The notes under the pieces were generated by a model. The model saw nothing but the letters and a program-made list of their open reading frames with translations. It did no database searches and had not been told where the DNA came from. A stretch of DNA of 64,000 nt, from assembly GCA_964252035.1 (NCBI GenBank), contig OZ176200.1; one strand, 5' to 3'. This stretch comes from Podarcis erhardii. Lineage: Eukaryota. Made by a program: the position numbers and the translations under genes. Shown here in pieces: positions 1 through 11,615 of the stretch (the first letter of the stretch is position 1; every line of letters begins with the position of its first letter).

Positions 1-425
1 CATGCTGTTGTGTAGAGAGCAGCTCAGAGACTTTTAAGAAGTGCTGAAGTATTGGATCAGCAAGCTGAGATAATGCAAGGCTATTTCCAAATGATGGTGC
101 AGTCATCAAAACATTAGAGGGTGATTACTTCACTAGCACTTCTGCTGTGTGGGGTGGGGAAAGAAAAGCTGAACTGTCTATAAGAGGAGTGCCTTCTTCA
201 AAAACAACTGCTGATTCTACAACAGTCAGAGCCTGCAGAATAACACGGCTGACAAAGACAAATAAAAGAGTTCTCTTTTCCATCAACAGCTCATAACCTT
301 CCCAACTGGAGATGGCAATGACAATGGGGCCTCATGGCACGGGAGAAAGATCCTTCACAACAGTCCCTGTGCCTAGATAGAAGTGTGTTGTGTAAATGGT
401 TCATTTACCTAATATCCTTCTTGAC

Positions 426-566
426 CAGGCTTTCTCAAACTCAGCCCTCACCTCCAGATGTTTTCGGCCTACAACTCCCATGGTCCCTAGCTAGGAGGAC
501 CAGCGGTCAGGGATGACGGGAATTGTAGTTTCAAAACATCTGGAGGGCCGAGTTTGAGGAAGCCTG
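426..566. mobile_element. hAT-type palindromic MITE
   Basis: TIRs CAGGCTTTCTCAAACTCAGCCCTC / GAGGGCCGAGTTTGAGGAAGCCTG; exact 8-bp TSD TTCTTGAC at 418-425 and 567-574, diagnostic of hAT. Confidence 0.9.
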
Positions 567-599
567 TTCTTGACAATCCATGTGATTGCATGGGTATCT

Positions 600-1161
600 C
601 ATAGAATCATAGAATCATAGAGTTGGAAGAGACCACAAGGGCCATCGAGTCCAACCCCCTGCCAAGCAGGAAACACCATCAGAGCACTCCTGACATATGG
701 TTGTCAAGCCTCTGCTTAAAGACCTCCAAAGAAGGAGAATCCACCACACTCCTTGGCAGCAAATTCCACTGTCGAACAGCTGTTACTGTCAGGAAGTTCT
801 TCCTAATGTTTAGGTGGAATCTTCTTTCTTGTAGTTTGGATCCATTGCTCCATGTCCGCTTCTCTGGAGCAGCAGAAAACAACCTTTCTCCCTCCTCTAT
901 GTGACATCCTTTTATATATATGAACATGGCTATCATATCACCCTTTAACCTCCTCTTCTCCAGGCTAAACATGCCCAGCTCCCTTAGCCGTTCTTCATAA
1001 GGCATTGTTTCCAGGCCTTTGACCATTTTGGTTGCCCTCCTCTGGACACGTTCCAGTTTGTCAGTGTCCTTCTTGAACTGTGGTGCCCAGAACTGGACAC
1101 AGTACTCCAGGTGAGGTCTGACCAGAGCAGAATACAGTGGCACTATTACTTCCCTTGATCT
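600..1161 (-). mobile_element. CR1 LINE, 5'-truncated (ORF2 C-terminus plus 3' UTR)
   Basis: ORF 679-1176(-) reads [24 protein letters not shown]...[17 protein letters not shown], typical CR1 ORF2; (ATTCTATG)n tail seen as atagaatcatagaatcatag at 601-620. Confidence 0.95.
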
Positions 1162-1182
1162 CTCACTGTTGACCATCCTATA

Positions 1183-1386
1183 CAGTGGTACCTTGGGTTA
1201 AGTACTTCATTTCTTCCGGTGGTCCGTTCTTAACCTGAAACTGTTCTTAACCTGAGGTACCACTTTAGGTAATGGGGCCTCCTGCTGCCGCCATTCTGCC
1301 AGAGCATGATTTCTGTTCTCATCCTGAAGCAAAGTTCTTAACCTGAGGTACTATTTCTGGGTCTGTAACCTGAAGCATATGTAACC
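1183..1386. mobile_element. Tigger/pogo-like MITE (CAGTGGTACC family), right end missing
   Basis: TA|CAGTGGTACCTTGGGTTAAG start; interior matches the complete copy at 15705-15922. Confidence 0.85.
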
Positions 1387-2470
1387 CAGAACCAGAATGA
1401 GGTGGCACCTGCTCCTCAGAGGCGGAATCCACTTTTGATCCCAACACATACATGGATCAATGGGAGTAAACAAACCTTGATAAATGCACTGATATTGCCT
1501 TTCCAGAAGTTGCCCCCACTCAAGGAGATTTAAGGATCTGATCCCACCCTTAAATTACCTCCCCACAAACCCCAGGAGCAGAGAATGCTATGAGCTAAAC
1601 CAGACAGCCAGATCATTGTCTACATTGGGTACCTTCAGGCTTTCCAGTAAGCCCTACTCAAGAAGAGAAAGTAGGAATGTCAGAAGTGAAATGGGTGCCC
1701 TCATTCAGAGCTCTGAATACCAGCTGCTGGAAACCAATGTAGGGGAGAGTGTTTGTGTGCTCAAATCCTGCTTGCTGCTTTGCCGTAGGCATCTGGTTGG
1801 CCACTGAGAGAACAGGGGGTTTATGGTCTTAAAGGGTAGCTTTGAAAACTGCTCAGTTGGTGCTAAGGCACTACTGGTGCAAAACCTCATTCTATGCAGC
1901 TTGTGGTGGGACAGCTCCCAGAGATCACTCCAAAAGGACCCCTACAAACTGAGTGAATGGGTGGTAAAATGGCAAATGCAGTATAAACAAGTGTAAAGTG
2001 ATGCATGTCGGGGCAAAATAAATCTCAATTTCACATATACTCTCGTGTGAGCTGAACTGATGGTGAGAACAAGGACAAGACCTTGGGGTTATAATAGCTC
2101 GATGAAGATCTCTACTCAGTGTGCTGTGGCCATGAAAAAAACAAATTCCATGCTAGGGATCATTAGGAAAGGAACTGAAAAGAAAACTGCTGACCTCATA
2201 ATGCCATTACACAAATCTATGGTGAGGTTGCATTTGGAACACTGTGTACAATTCTGGTTCCTTCACCTCAAAAAGGATTCTGCAGAGTTGGAAGAGGTTC
2301 GGGAAAAGGCAAGCAAAATGATGAAGGAGATGGAGCAACTCCCTTACGAATAAAAGTTACAGCATTTTCAGTTTGCAGAAAAGGCAAGGAAGAGGAGATA
2401 TGAAATAAATTTATAAAATCATGCATGGCACGGAGAAAGTGGATAGAGAAAAGCTTCTCTCCCTCTGTTA

Positions 2471-2637
2471 CATAGAAGACAACTCCTAGGGGCCAAGGTT
2501 CCTTCAGCCACCCAATAAAATATTTGAGGGGGCTTGGGGGGGGGAGAGACAAAGTTGATAGGCATTGCCATTGTCTTGTGATCAGTTATGTGATGTAAGG
2601 CTTACCTGAGCCCCCCAATATTTTATCGCCACCCCTG
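2471..2637. mobile_element. hAT-like MITE nested in CR1
   Basis: Interrupts the CR1; flanked by near-identical 8-mers CTCTGTTA / CTCTCTTA (probable TSD, 1 mismatch). Confidence 0.65.
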
Positions 2638-2899
2638 CTCTCTTATAACACTAGAACGCATGGACATTTGATGAAACGGAGTGTTGGAAGATTTGGGGCG
2701 CATAAAAGAAAGTACTTCTTCATTCGGTGCATAGTTGAACTATGGAACTCACTCCAAGTCAGATGGCTTTAAGAAAGGATTAGGCAAATTCATGGAGGAC
2801 AAGTCTATTAAAGGTGGTTAGCAATGATACTTATGTTCTGCCTCCACCATCAGAGGCATTATGCTGGGAATTGCAGGTGGGCAGAGTGCTGTTTCCCAC

Positions 2900-3325
2900 T
2901 GTGGCGTTCGTCCGGAGCCCCCAGTCGTTTCATGGACTGTTGACTCGTACACCACTAATCCATTGCCACCAACCAGGTTCTCCCCGGTAAAACACTTAGT
3001 CTCAGTCGGGTTCTCAAGTTAACAATGAAGATTGTAGTTTATTGCAAAGACAAATAAACTTTAAATGCATTCGAAACGCTGTTACCCTTTACCCTCTTAG
3101 TCTTATTTTATCCTGTCTCTAACTCTCCTACCTCCCCTCACACAAGAACCAACTGCACTAACTGTCTCTCTATTTCCATCTGTCTTCCGTCTGCTTTTTC
3201 CCAACTGTCTAAACCTCTGGCTAAGCCTTTTAAAAACAGGTAGGCTCCGCCTCTGAGCTTTTCTATTGGTCTACCCTTTCTCTCCCCCTGTACAGACATT
3301 TCCAAATGAACGGACAAATGCCACA
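2900..3325 (-). mobile_element. Solo LTR (426 bp)
   Basis: Ends TGTGGC...GCCACA (inverted); exact 5-bp TSD CCCAC (2895-2899, 3326-3330); minus-strand CCAAT, GC box, TATA-like and AATAAA motifs in LTR order. Confidence 0.9.
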
Positions 3326-3894
3326 CCCACCAACATCTGGTTGGCCACTGTGAGGAGAAGATGCTGGACTAGATGGACCACTGGCCTGATCCAGCAGGGC
3401 TCTTCTTATGTTCTTATGACCAGTGGTCCCATTTGTCTGGTAAACTGGACTCCTGCTAAATCACCAGATCCATCCACAAGGAAGAAATGAGATGTTTCCA
3501 AAAGCTACTCAACTTGCTTCTAAACTTTCAGAACAGCATTGTGTTCTGCCCAAGTGTTCCCTAATTGTGATCTATTGGGAAGAACTGAAGGTTTAATGGA
3601 CCTGAAAACATACACATTCACCTACATGGTTCTGTATTTCTGTTAGCACAGAATGAAACACAGTGAGAATATTAGCTGCCTAAAGATCTGTAAAGGCATT
3701 ATTCTTTATGACATCTGTGCTCGTGTTACCTCACTTTCATTGCACATATTCCTAGTGACTAATCATGTTGGCAAACAGAAACAAATGTTTTATTAGAATG
3801 GGTGTCAACAATCTTAAGAATTTTTTTTTAAAAATCATGAAAGAGCTTTATTTACGGATAGAAAGGAATGCAAACAAAATTTTAAAGTAGTTTT

Positions 3895-4340
3895 TAAAAT
3901 AGATTTTATTAAAGTTTGGGAAAGGATACAAAAGTCGATATCAAATATCCTTTTATCGAAGGTAAAAAAAAACACTAATCTAAACAAAACGCAAACCAAA
4001 AAGAAAGAAAGAAAGAAAGAAAGAAGAGACCTTCTGATTATTTGTCAGCTATATATAGAAAATTGGTCATAGCATCCACTCCAATATAACATCCAACAGT
4101 TCCACTTGCTATAAACCAATATTAGCTTCAATCCTCAAACTCAGATATAAGTCCATTTTCTTTTTCGTACAAAAAGTCTATAAGAAATTTCCAATCTTTA
4201 GTAAATGCTGACAATGATTTTTCTCTGATTAAACACATCAACTTCACCACCTTAGCTAAGTCCAATAATTTTAGCAATCATTCTTCCATGGTGGGTACGG
4301 ATGAATCTTTCCATCTTTTTGCATATAAAATTAGGAAGAT
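3895..4340 (-). mobile_element. L1 LINE 3' end (ORF2 C-terminus plus 3' UTR)
   Basis: Minus translation ILYAKRWKDSSVPTMEE*LLKLLDLAK...IREKSLSAFTKDWKFLIDFL resembles squamate L1 ORF2 ends; AATAAA near 3910(-); similar to 37030-37410. Confidence 0.8.
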
Positions 4341-4522
4341 TAAGGTTTTTTTATGCACGTAAATCTGCTTTTTCTTCTTTCTTTTTTCTGTATTTTCTTC
4401 TTTTCTTTTTTCTTAGTTCTTTTTTCTTTAATTTTCTTTTTGTAGTCTGAGATTGTAAATTCTTTGTATATGTGAGTAATTTAATTAATAAAGATTATTA
4501 GAAAAAGAAAAAAAGAAATAAA
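4341..4522 (+). mobile_element. Probable L1 3' UTR and poly(A) remnant
   Basis: T-rich UTR-like tract followed by AATAAA and an A-rich tail. Confidence 0.5.
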
Positions 4523-7500
4523 GTTCCATAGTCAACATTTAAAAGAAGTTTTGATATCAATATGATGCAATATCTATATGATGCAATTGTACAAATTATA
4601 CAGACTGGCCATTTTTTATAATGAGCAGGACAAGAATATTGGAAGCTGGTTTATAGTGAGCCAGACCATTAGTTCCATTTTACTCTACCTTTGCATTCTC
4701 TCCACTGATTGGTAGAAGAGATCCAGTATCTCAGATAGGGATGATTTATTTATTTTTTACAGTCCCCTGGGGATGCCAGGGTATGGTGTTGAGCTTATTT
4801 TATCATTTCAAGATGACTGTGTGTGGCGTGTGTTTTTCCAATAAGCATTTTCCCAGCACTCTGCAGCCTCTCTAGCTGCTTGATCTTCCTGATCCAATAT
4901 AACACAATGGGCACAGTTACCTCATGATGTCTTCCCCTGAGCTTTAACTGAAGCACAAGAAGTCACCGAGGTGGTGAGATCAGTGCTGTCACTGAGTTTG
5001 TTTTCAAGGAAAGTCCTTCCTTTCCTGGGGGGGGGTGGACTTTTCATACTGGTTTATTTAAAAGTCAAGAAGGCGTTGTATGAAATAAAAACAGCAGAAC
5101 ACCTGTCAACTGCACAGTAGACAGCCTTCCAGTCAGCCCATGGATATGGGAAAACACAGCAAATGCCACAATCAGGAAATTCAGGAAGGAAAGGTGCAGA
5201 CCACTGAAAAGACAATTTGTAGAATGGGGGGAAAAGGCCCTTGCCAATAAGTTAAGTGCATCAAAATCTCTCCTCACCATCCATGAGAATTTCGCCAAAT
5301 CTTTCCCCTTGCATAATTTAAAAATGCAATGTCTTTTCTCATAGAATGATTGAAAATGAGGGGTTTTTTTAAATAAATAAGCAAGCAGAGGAGAAATTTT
5401 CAACGTAGTACCATTTTGGATTGATCTCTTTATTTGTGCTGAGTGATTATCTCACTACTCATTCAAGGGCTCAAACATCAGACATAAGCACACCTATTAT
5501 TAGTTCTAGAACCCATAAGAATAATGAACAGTTACCACTTTGGAGATATATACGTAGCCACACACACACCCCCCCCACACACACACAAACAAACATATTT
5601 CTCAGCTAGTGATTAGGAGCCATTCTGCTCGTGTCGGTCTTCCTTCTCCATTCTTCAGCCATTATGCCTTGGTAAATACTTACCATGGTAAGTATTAATA
5701 ACTCTTCTGCTATCTTCCTGAATACTTGCTGATCAGATTCTTGCTCTTGCAAGTTTCTATTTCAATCTGTAATTACCGTTCCGTAATTGCGCCAAAGCAG
5801 CAACATCTGCTCTGGCTCATTACCATTTCTTCTCATTGCCTTAAAGCTTTTTTTATGCACTTTAAAAGAATCTTGGATTATGTTATCATTATGGGTTTTT
5901 TTTTTCTGATGCCTTCAGCAAAAGCGAGGCGAAGGATGTCAAAAATAATTCAGAAAGCCCTGGTTTGTCAAGGAGTTTAGGAGAACAGTGGATAAAAATG
6001 TGCACACTTATTCCCATGGCATATAAAGGTTTCTATTTTCTATTTTATTTTATTTTATTATTTTCATACCACCCTTCATCCAAAAACCACAGGGTGGTTT
6101 ACAGGTTAAAACATAAAAGGCATAACATAACAGCAACAGGAAACAATACCCCCTGCTAGTCTTTTAGTCTGAAATAGACATCACTCACTCACACAATTTA
6201 TATAGCAAATCATGACAATGTCATTGCCATTCTGTTGCATTGAAATGTTTTCATATGTAAAAAATAATAATAATCTAATTTGTGATTCTTTCTTTTCTTT
6301 TCTATTTTTTTGGGTCCTTTTGTTTAAAATTGATTTGCAGGGCCCATGTACCCAATGAGGTAACAAACTATTCAGGCATTTCAATGTTACTGTCTCTTTA
6401 AATAATCGTTTCTTCCTTGTCCTACTTTAAAAAGAAAGAAAGAAAAGAAATGGCCAATTAGTTTCTTCCTGTACAATTGCCGTGTCTATCTCATTCCTGA
6501 ATTGCCATGTGCTATCAGTTCTGTTTCATGTGCGTGGAAGCTCTAAGGACTGGTTTCTCTTTTATGACCAGAACAATTGCTTGCTAATTTGTTTAAATTT
6601 CATTTTTGTAGTGATAATATTTTTTAATAAAAATGAACAATTACTGTGGATACAAAGTAATAAGATGCCCCACCCACAAGAAAGCAGTTTAAGCAATTAA
6701 AGGCAATTTAGATATTAATGAATGCCTCACCAATTACTACTACTATTATTATTTCAATTTGTTTATTAATCACCTTCTAAACCATTGTCTCAAGGCTACT
6801 TATGTAGGATCCTGGAAGCCAAGTTTGTGGCAGGTATTCTTTGGTAAGAGAAGCCCGGCCGAGATTTAACATCACAAAGCATCCAGCAAAGAAAAACATT
6901 GAAATATAGGCTGTGAAACATTAAAAATGTGCCTTTCTGCTGAGTCTGAAAATGTCCCCTTTTGAAAGCTCTTTCCAAACTTTCCCACTTCCCTAGCATA
7001 GAGACAGATAACGCAACCAGTAAGTCATAAAATGGTTGGCTTACAAAGTTTTTCAAAGGCCAGATTCATGTGCTTTTCCAAACAGTAGTCAGAAAAGTGA
7101 AATACATTGCTTAGTTACAAATGGTTTTAAAAAAATCTAAATTATTGGTAAAGAAAAAACACTGGACTTCATTCTGGACTGAATCAAAAGCCATGCACTG
7201 GAATAGCCAGCTCAGAACTCCTTGCATACTGAAATCAACACAGGGAAAGAGAAAGATAACAAAGGCTTGGAGAACAATTTCATCTCAAGGTGGGAAGTGG
7301 TGACATAGGCCAAACTGATTTTAACCCCTTCAAGCACTTAATTTTAAAAGGCTAGAGTTATATGAGGCTGGAACCCTACAGTTTACACATAAGATAGTTA
7401 AAAACAAACTCAAATACATTTCGAGCAAAATTAAAAACCCTAACAAGTGGCCATTCTAGATGGGAAAGCCTGTCAGAACAAAAATGTATTCAGGTCTTCC

Positions 7501-7609
7501 CAAGTGCAGATAGTGTGTATCTGTGGCAACCAAATGGTCATTTCAAATAACAGAGACTCCAGGAGGAGGGGGGAAGTGGTGGAATCCCCTTCCCCAGCCC
7601 TGCAGCCCT

Positions 7610-7985
7610 GCTGTGCAAACTTTTTCAGTCCACTGTCCCTCAGACCTTGTGGGGGGGCTGGACTATATTTTGAAAAAAAATGAACGAATTCCTGTGCCCC
7701 ACAAATAACACTGAGATGCATTTTAAATAAAAACACACATTCTACTATCGTAAAAACACCAGGCAGGCCCCACAAATAACCCAGAGATGCATTTTAAATC
7801 AAAGCATACATTCTACTCATGTAAAAATACCAGGAAGGCCCCACAAATAACCTAGAGATGCATTTTAAATACAAGCACACATTCTACTCATGTAAAAACA
7901 CGCTGATTCCCGGACCGTCCGCAGGCCAGATTTAGAAGGCGATTGGGCCGGATCCGGCCCCCGGGCCTTAGTTTGCCTACCCATG
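7610..7985 (-). mobile_element. hAT-like non-autonomous element with internal 71-bp tandem array
   Basis: Terminus CATGGGTAGGCAAACTAAGGCCCGGGGGCCGG on minus; three ~71-bp units starting at 7696, 7767 and 7838. Confidence 0.75.
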
Positions 7986-8329
7986 ATTTAGGTGATCCCC
8001 CCAATGTTCTGAGCTTCTTCTTTTTAATATAAAAACTGTGGGAGAGCTTTTCAAAGATCTCCGATGTCATGTCTGTCCTGTAATGATGGCAATACAATAA
8101 AAAGTGGGTATGATCCGACAAGAGGCATGGTTAGAAGTTCCCCACAGTTGCTTTGTTCATGGGACTCTTACATAATGTCTTTGCAGGCTCTTCTGAGTCT
8201 GCCATCTCTTTCAACAGTGATGGGTCTAGAAGCACTGAATCCTATAGCACTGGTGAAGCCAATAGCAGACGGAGGAGGAGGATGTGTGGACAATCTATCC
8301 AGAAGATAAATTGTATTTCAAGGAGTTAG

Positions 8330-8830
8330 TGATCTGACATGGTTGCCCTCTTCCTGCCTCTGTTCCTTACCCCTCTCCTTGTCTCTTAAGTTCTTAAGCC
8401 TATAATGTCCTAATCAGTTAGGAAGAAGAGATAGTGCTGAGTACCTTCTTTGATGCTGGGCATTGTTTTGAGAAAGTGAGACATTAGGAGGGGGTGGCTA
8501 ATGAATAATCTTCACGTAGCTAGTAATGAATGATCTGCACATAGCCAGTTGGGCAAGCCACGCAGGCTAGCTATCTAGCTCTCTATAAATTGGATGGTTT
8601 GGGCCAGAATTGGGAGAAGCTTGTGCATGGACTGATCAGCCGTGGGGCCATGCAAACTGAGGCTACCTGGAGTAGTCACTTCGCTGCTTCTTGAGGGCTT
8701 CCAAGTGGCAGATTGCAGCGCTTGCTTAGTATGTACATATTGCTTGCTGTTTAGAATAAAATCTTCAATTTTCTCACTCAGTTGTGTTTTGTATTGCTTT
8801 TGAATCTCATTTTAAAAGAACCACCTTGCA
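8330..8830 (+). mobile_element. Possible old LTR remnant
   Basis: TATAAA at ~8584 and AATAAA ~170 bp downstream, then a U5-like tract; no TSD found. Confidence 0.35.
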
Positions 8831-8904
8831 TTGGGCAAGAAAGAGGAAGAGGAGGAACAATTAGGAAACCTATTGATTTATATGTTTACATTTATATGCC
8901 GCCA

Positions 8905-9050
8905 AGGAGCTCAAGGTGGTTCTCATCCACATTTTACCATCGCAGCCGCACTGTGAGGAAGGTTAGGCTAAGAGATAGCAAATGCCCCAAGTCATGGCTG
9001 AGTGAAGATTTGAGCCCTGGTCTCCTAGCCTGGCTCTCTAGCCACCACAC
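8905..9050 (-). mobile_element. MIR/CORE-like SINE fragment
   Basis: CORE-like sequence (ctgtgaggaaggttaggctaagaga...cccaagtca...gatttgagccctggtctcc) in reverse orientation. Confidence 0.6.
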
Positions 9051-10109
9051 CATAGTGATGAACCAGCAGTTAGAATAATAGGTTTTGCCTCCATATGCTG
9101 GAGGTCTTTGGCTTTCTGACAGCTCATTGAAGCCAATTACTTTTGTACAATGTTTAATAATGCATTTCTATTTAAATCTGTAATTCGTTTTATACAGAGC
9201 CTAAAAACACATTCCAGGTTAATATTTGTTAGTAACATGAGCATTAGTTTTTGCCAGTGAATCAATATTTAATAATGAAACAGAAGCTTTTTTTTTAACC
9301 ACAGGGGTGTGTGGAGGATATCTAATGGAAATTATTCGTGATGAACTTTTTAGAGGAACAATAGCTGTCTCTCTTATCGCTTGCAATGATAAGGCTAACT
9401 TCAGCTTTCTTAGCAAATAACTCATCTCTTAAGCTGCACAGTCTTCTTTGAATGTGCTCCTAATTAAAGCATGATATGCAGCTCACAGTTTTCTCCTTGT
9501 CACAAAATTAGAAGGGTTATCATTAGATTTAACCCATCAACACTAATACAGATATTATCTTTGAAAACAGAGTGGCGTAAAAGAAGCAGTATGGTAGTGA
9601 TCAGAGTGCAGAAAAGAGGTGCTCTCATTTTGACTCGAGAAAATCACCATTTTATAGTACATGGACAAAAGTACAAAGAACATGGATTACACCGGGAAAG
9701 GAAATGAAGCCGCCATCAGAGGTGGTAACAACAAAACTGACCAATCACCATGCTAGATTACAACTCCTACTTCACACATTAAACGCTCGCTTCCATCTGA
9801 GACTTGAGAAACACTGTGACAGGAAATGAGGCCGCCATCAGGGGTAGCAACGGAACTGATGATTCACTGTGCTAGAGAAGAAACTAAAAATGTTAATATT
9901 TTTAGTTTCTTCTCCCATTCGATTCAAAAAATGTTTAGGGGTGTGCGTACCCCCAGATAAAAAGCACTGGTTAAGTCTATGTCTTCTTTCATTTGGGGCA
10001 TGGCCCATGAAATGTAAAAAACATCGTGTGACAGGAGTGGGGAGAAGCACAATTAATTGGGGGTCTTTTAGCTATCCATCACAGACATATTTCACTTTTA
10101 CAAGAGGGA

Positions 10110-10230
10110 TGGGGGAACCCGATTTTGTTGGACTAACTCCCATCATCCCTAGTCATTGGCTGTACTAGCTTGGTTTATGGGAACTGAAATCCAACAAATT
10201 CCAGGGGGCCTCAGGTTCCTCACTCTTGCA
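10110..10230. mobile_element. Degenerate palindromic MITE related to 426-566
   Basis: ggactaactcccatcatcc...gggaactgaaatccaac inverted core. Other degenerate copies at ~20455-20585, ~25545-25690, ~28260-28400 and ~44700-44860. Confidence 0.65.
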
Positions 10231-11534
10231 CTATAAGTTTTGCTTTAGAATTATTGTATTGAAGTGTGTTCTCATTTTATATGTATTACTAGCAGCCTTG
10301 TGCCAGTTGTTGCTTGGGAGTTCTAAGAAATGGTTCAGTGCAGGTTTGAAGGATTCAGTCCACCATTACGATTAAAAATATTGTCCAACTGTTGTCCAAA
10401 TGTAGACAAAAAAATCTACTCCCTGATCTCAGGAAACATCATGCAAAATTTGGTTAAAATTTGCACAGGCTTCAAAGATTCAGTCTGCAACGTTGATTCA
10501 AAATGGCTTCTAAATGGAATAAAAACAGATCCTTCATCTCCGGAACTATATTGTGAAATTTGGTTGCCTAGAGAAAAGACAGGCAGACAAGCAACTTTCC
10601 AAAATATGGATACAGATTTATTAATTTTTTTAAGTTGCATATGAGCTACTTTGGGGACATTTCTGTTAAATGACAGTATAGAAATGTAGTAAAACAACAG
10701 ATGGGGGGGAAGGTTCAGGCTCCTGGGCTCTGTTTTAAGCTTTGTTTTTGAAGATTAGGTCACAAACGGGGCATTTGGAAGACAGCGGAAATGGTTGTTT
10801 ACAATATATAATTGTGAATTAAAAGGTGTGGCACAAAGAGAGTCACAGCATCTGAAAGGTCAGACCATGACCTACTCAAAAATTATTTCCGAAGTCATAA
10901 TAAAAGTTCTCAAATAGGTACCACGGCAACTTCATTATGGCAATTCAGGCCCAATTATTCTGAATCTGGCTCTGTAACAGGAAAACACCTCTGGCCCAAC
11001 AACTGAAGAAAGAAGTAGAATCTTGATTCTTGAGGGTAGGACTATCTCCATCAGCCCAGGCAATTACTGTGGGATGATGAGAAATGAAGAAAGGATGCAC
11101 AGGGCTGGATCAACTTTAATACACTTCAGGGGGCAAAGGGTGAAAAGGGATGCATAGCTTTCTACATAAAAAAATGGGCTTCAGATAACGAACACTCAAA
11201 TAAGACAAACTTATTTCTGTAGAGAGACATAGGAAACTTCTTCCAAAGCTACAGAAAGAGGGCGGAAATCCCCAGACCTGAAACCCCACACTGGGTTAAG
11301 CAGGTTGCTTAATGGTGGGAATGACTGGGATTTAAAAGGAGGCAGCATATAACTGCAGCATCACTTTCCTTTCACACCCATTTGTGCCTGAGGATACTGC
11401 TAGGGATCCAAAGGACTGCAAAGGACAGCAAGAATAAAACTGGTCTATGCTCCAAGGCTTCTGAGCCACAAAGTCCAGCCACAGTCTGCTGAGAGAAGGG
11501 AAAGTGGGCCATTCCATTGGCTCTGCTGAGATGC

Positions 11535-11615
11535 CAACAACAACAATAGCAGCAGCAGCAGCAGCAGCACCAGCAACAGCAGCAGCAGCAGCAGCAACAA
11601 CAACAACAACAACAA
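11535..11615 (+). repeat. Compound (CAA)n/(CAG)n microsatellite at an L2-type tail
   Basis: Directly abuts ccctgcccatctgactggttgccccatccactctgggtggct (11616-11660), the motif that follows (AAT)n in other L2-type tails here. Confidence 0.85.

Larger units (their letters stand above)
1925..3420 (+). mobile_element. Older CR1 LINE 3' portion, interrupted by a hAT MITE and a solo LTR
   Basis: Decayed ORF2 (KKTNSMLGIIRKG...LHKSMVRLHLEHCVQFW); 3' end ggcctgatccagcagggctcttcttatgttcttatga at ~3385-3420. Confidence 0.9.

Noticed and set aside
679-1176. 165-aa ORF as a host gene
   Set aside because: It is the CR1 ORF2 C-terminus of a 5'-truncated LINE.
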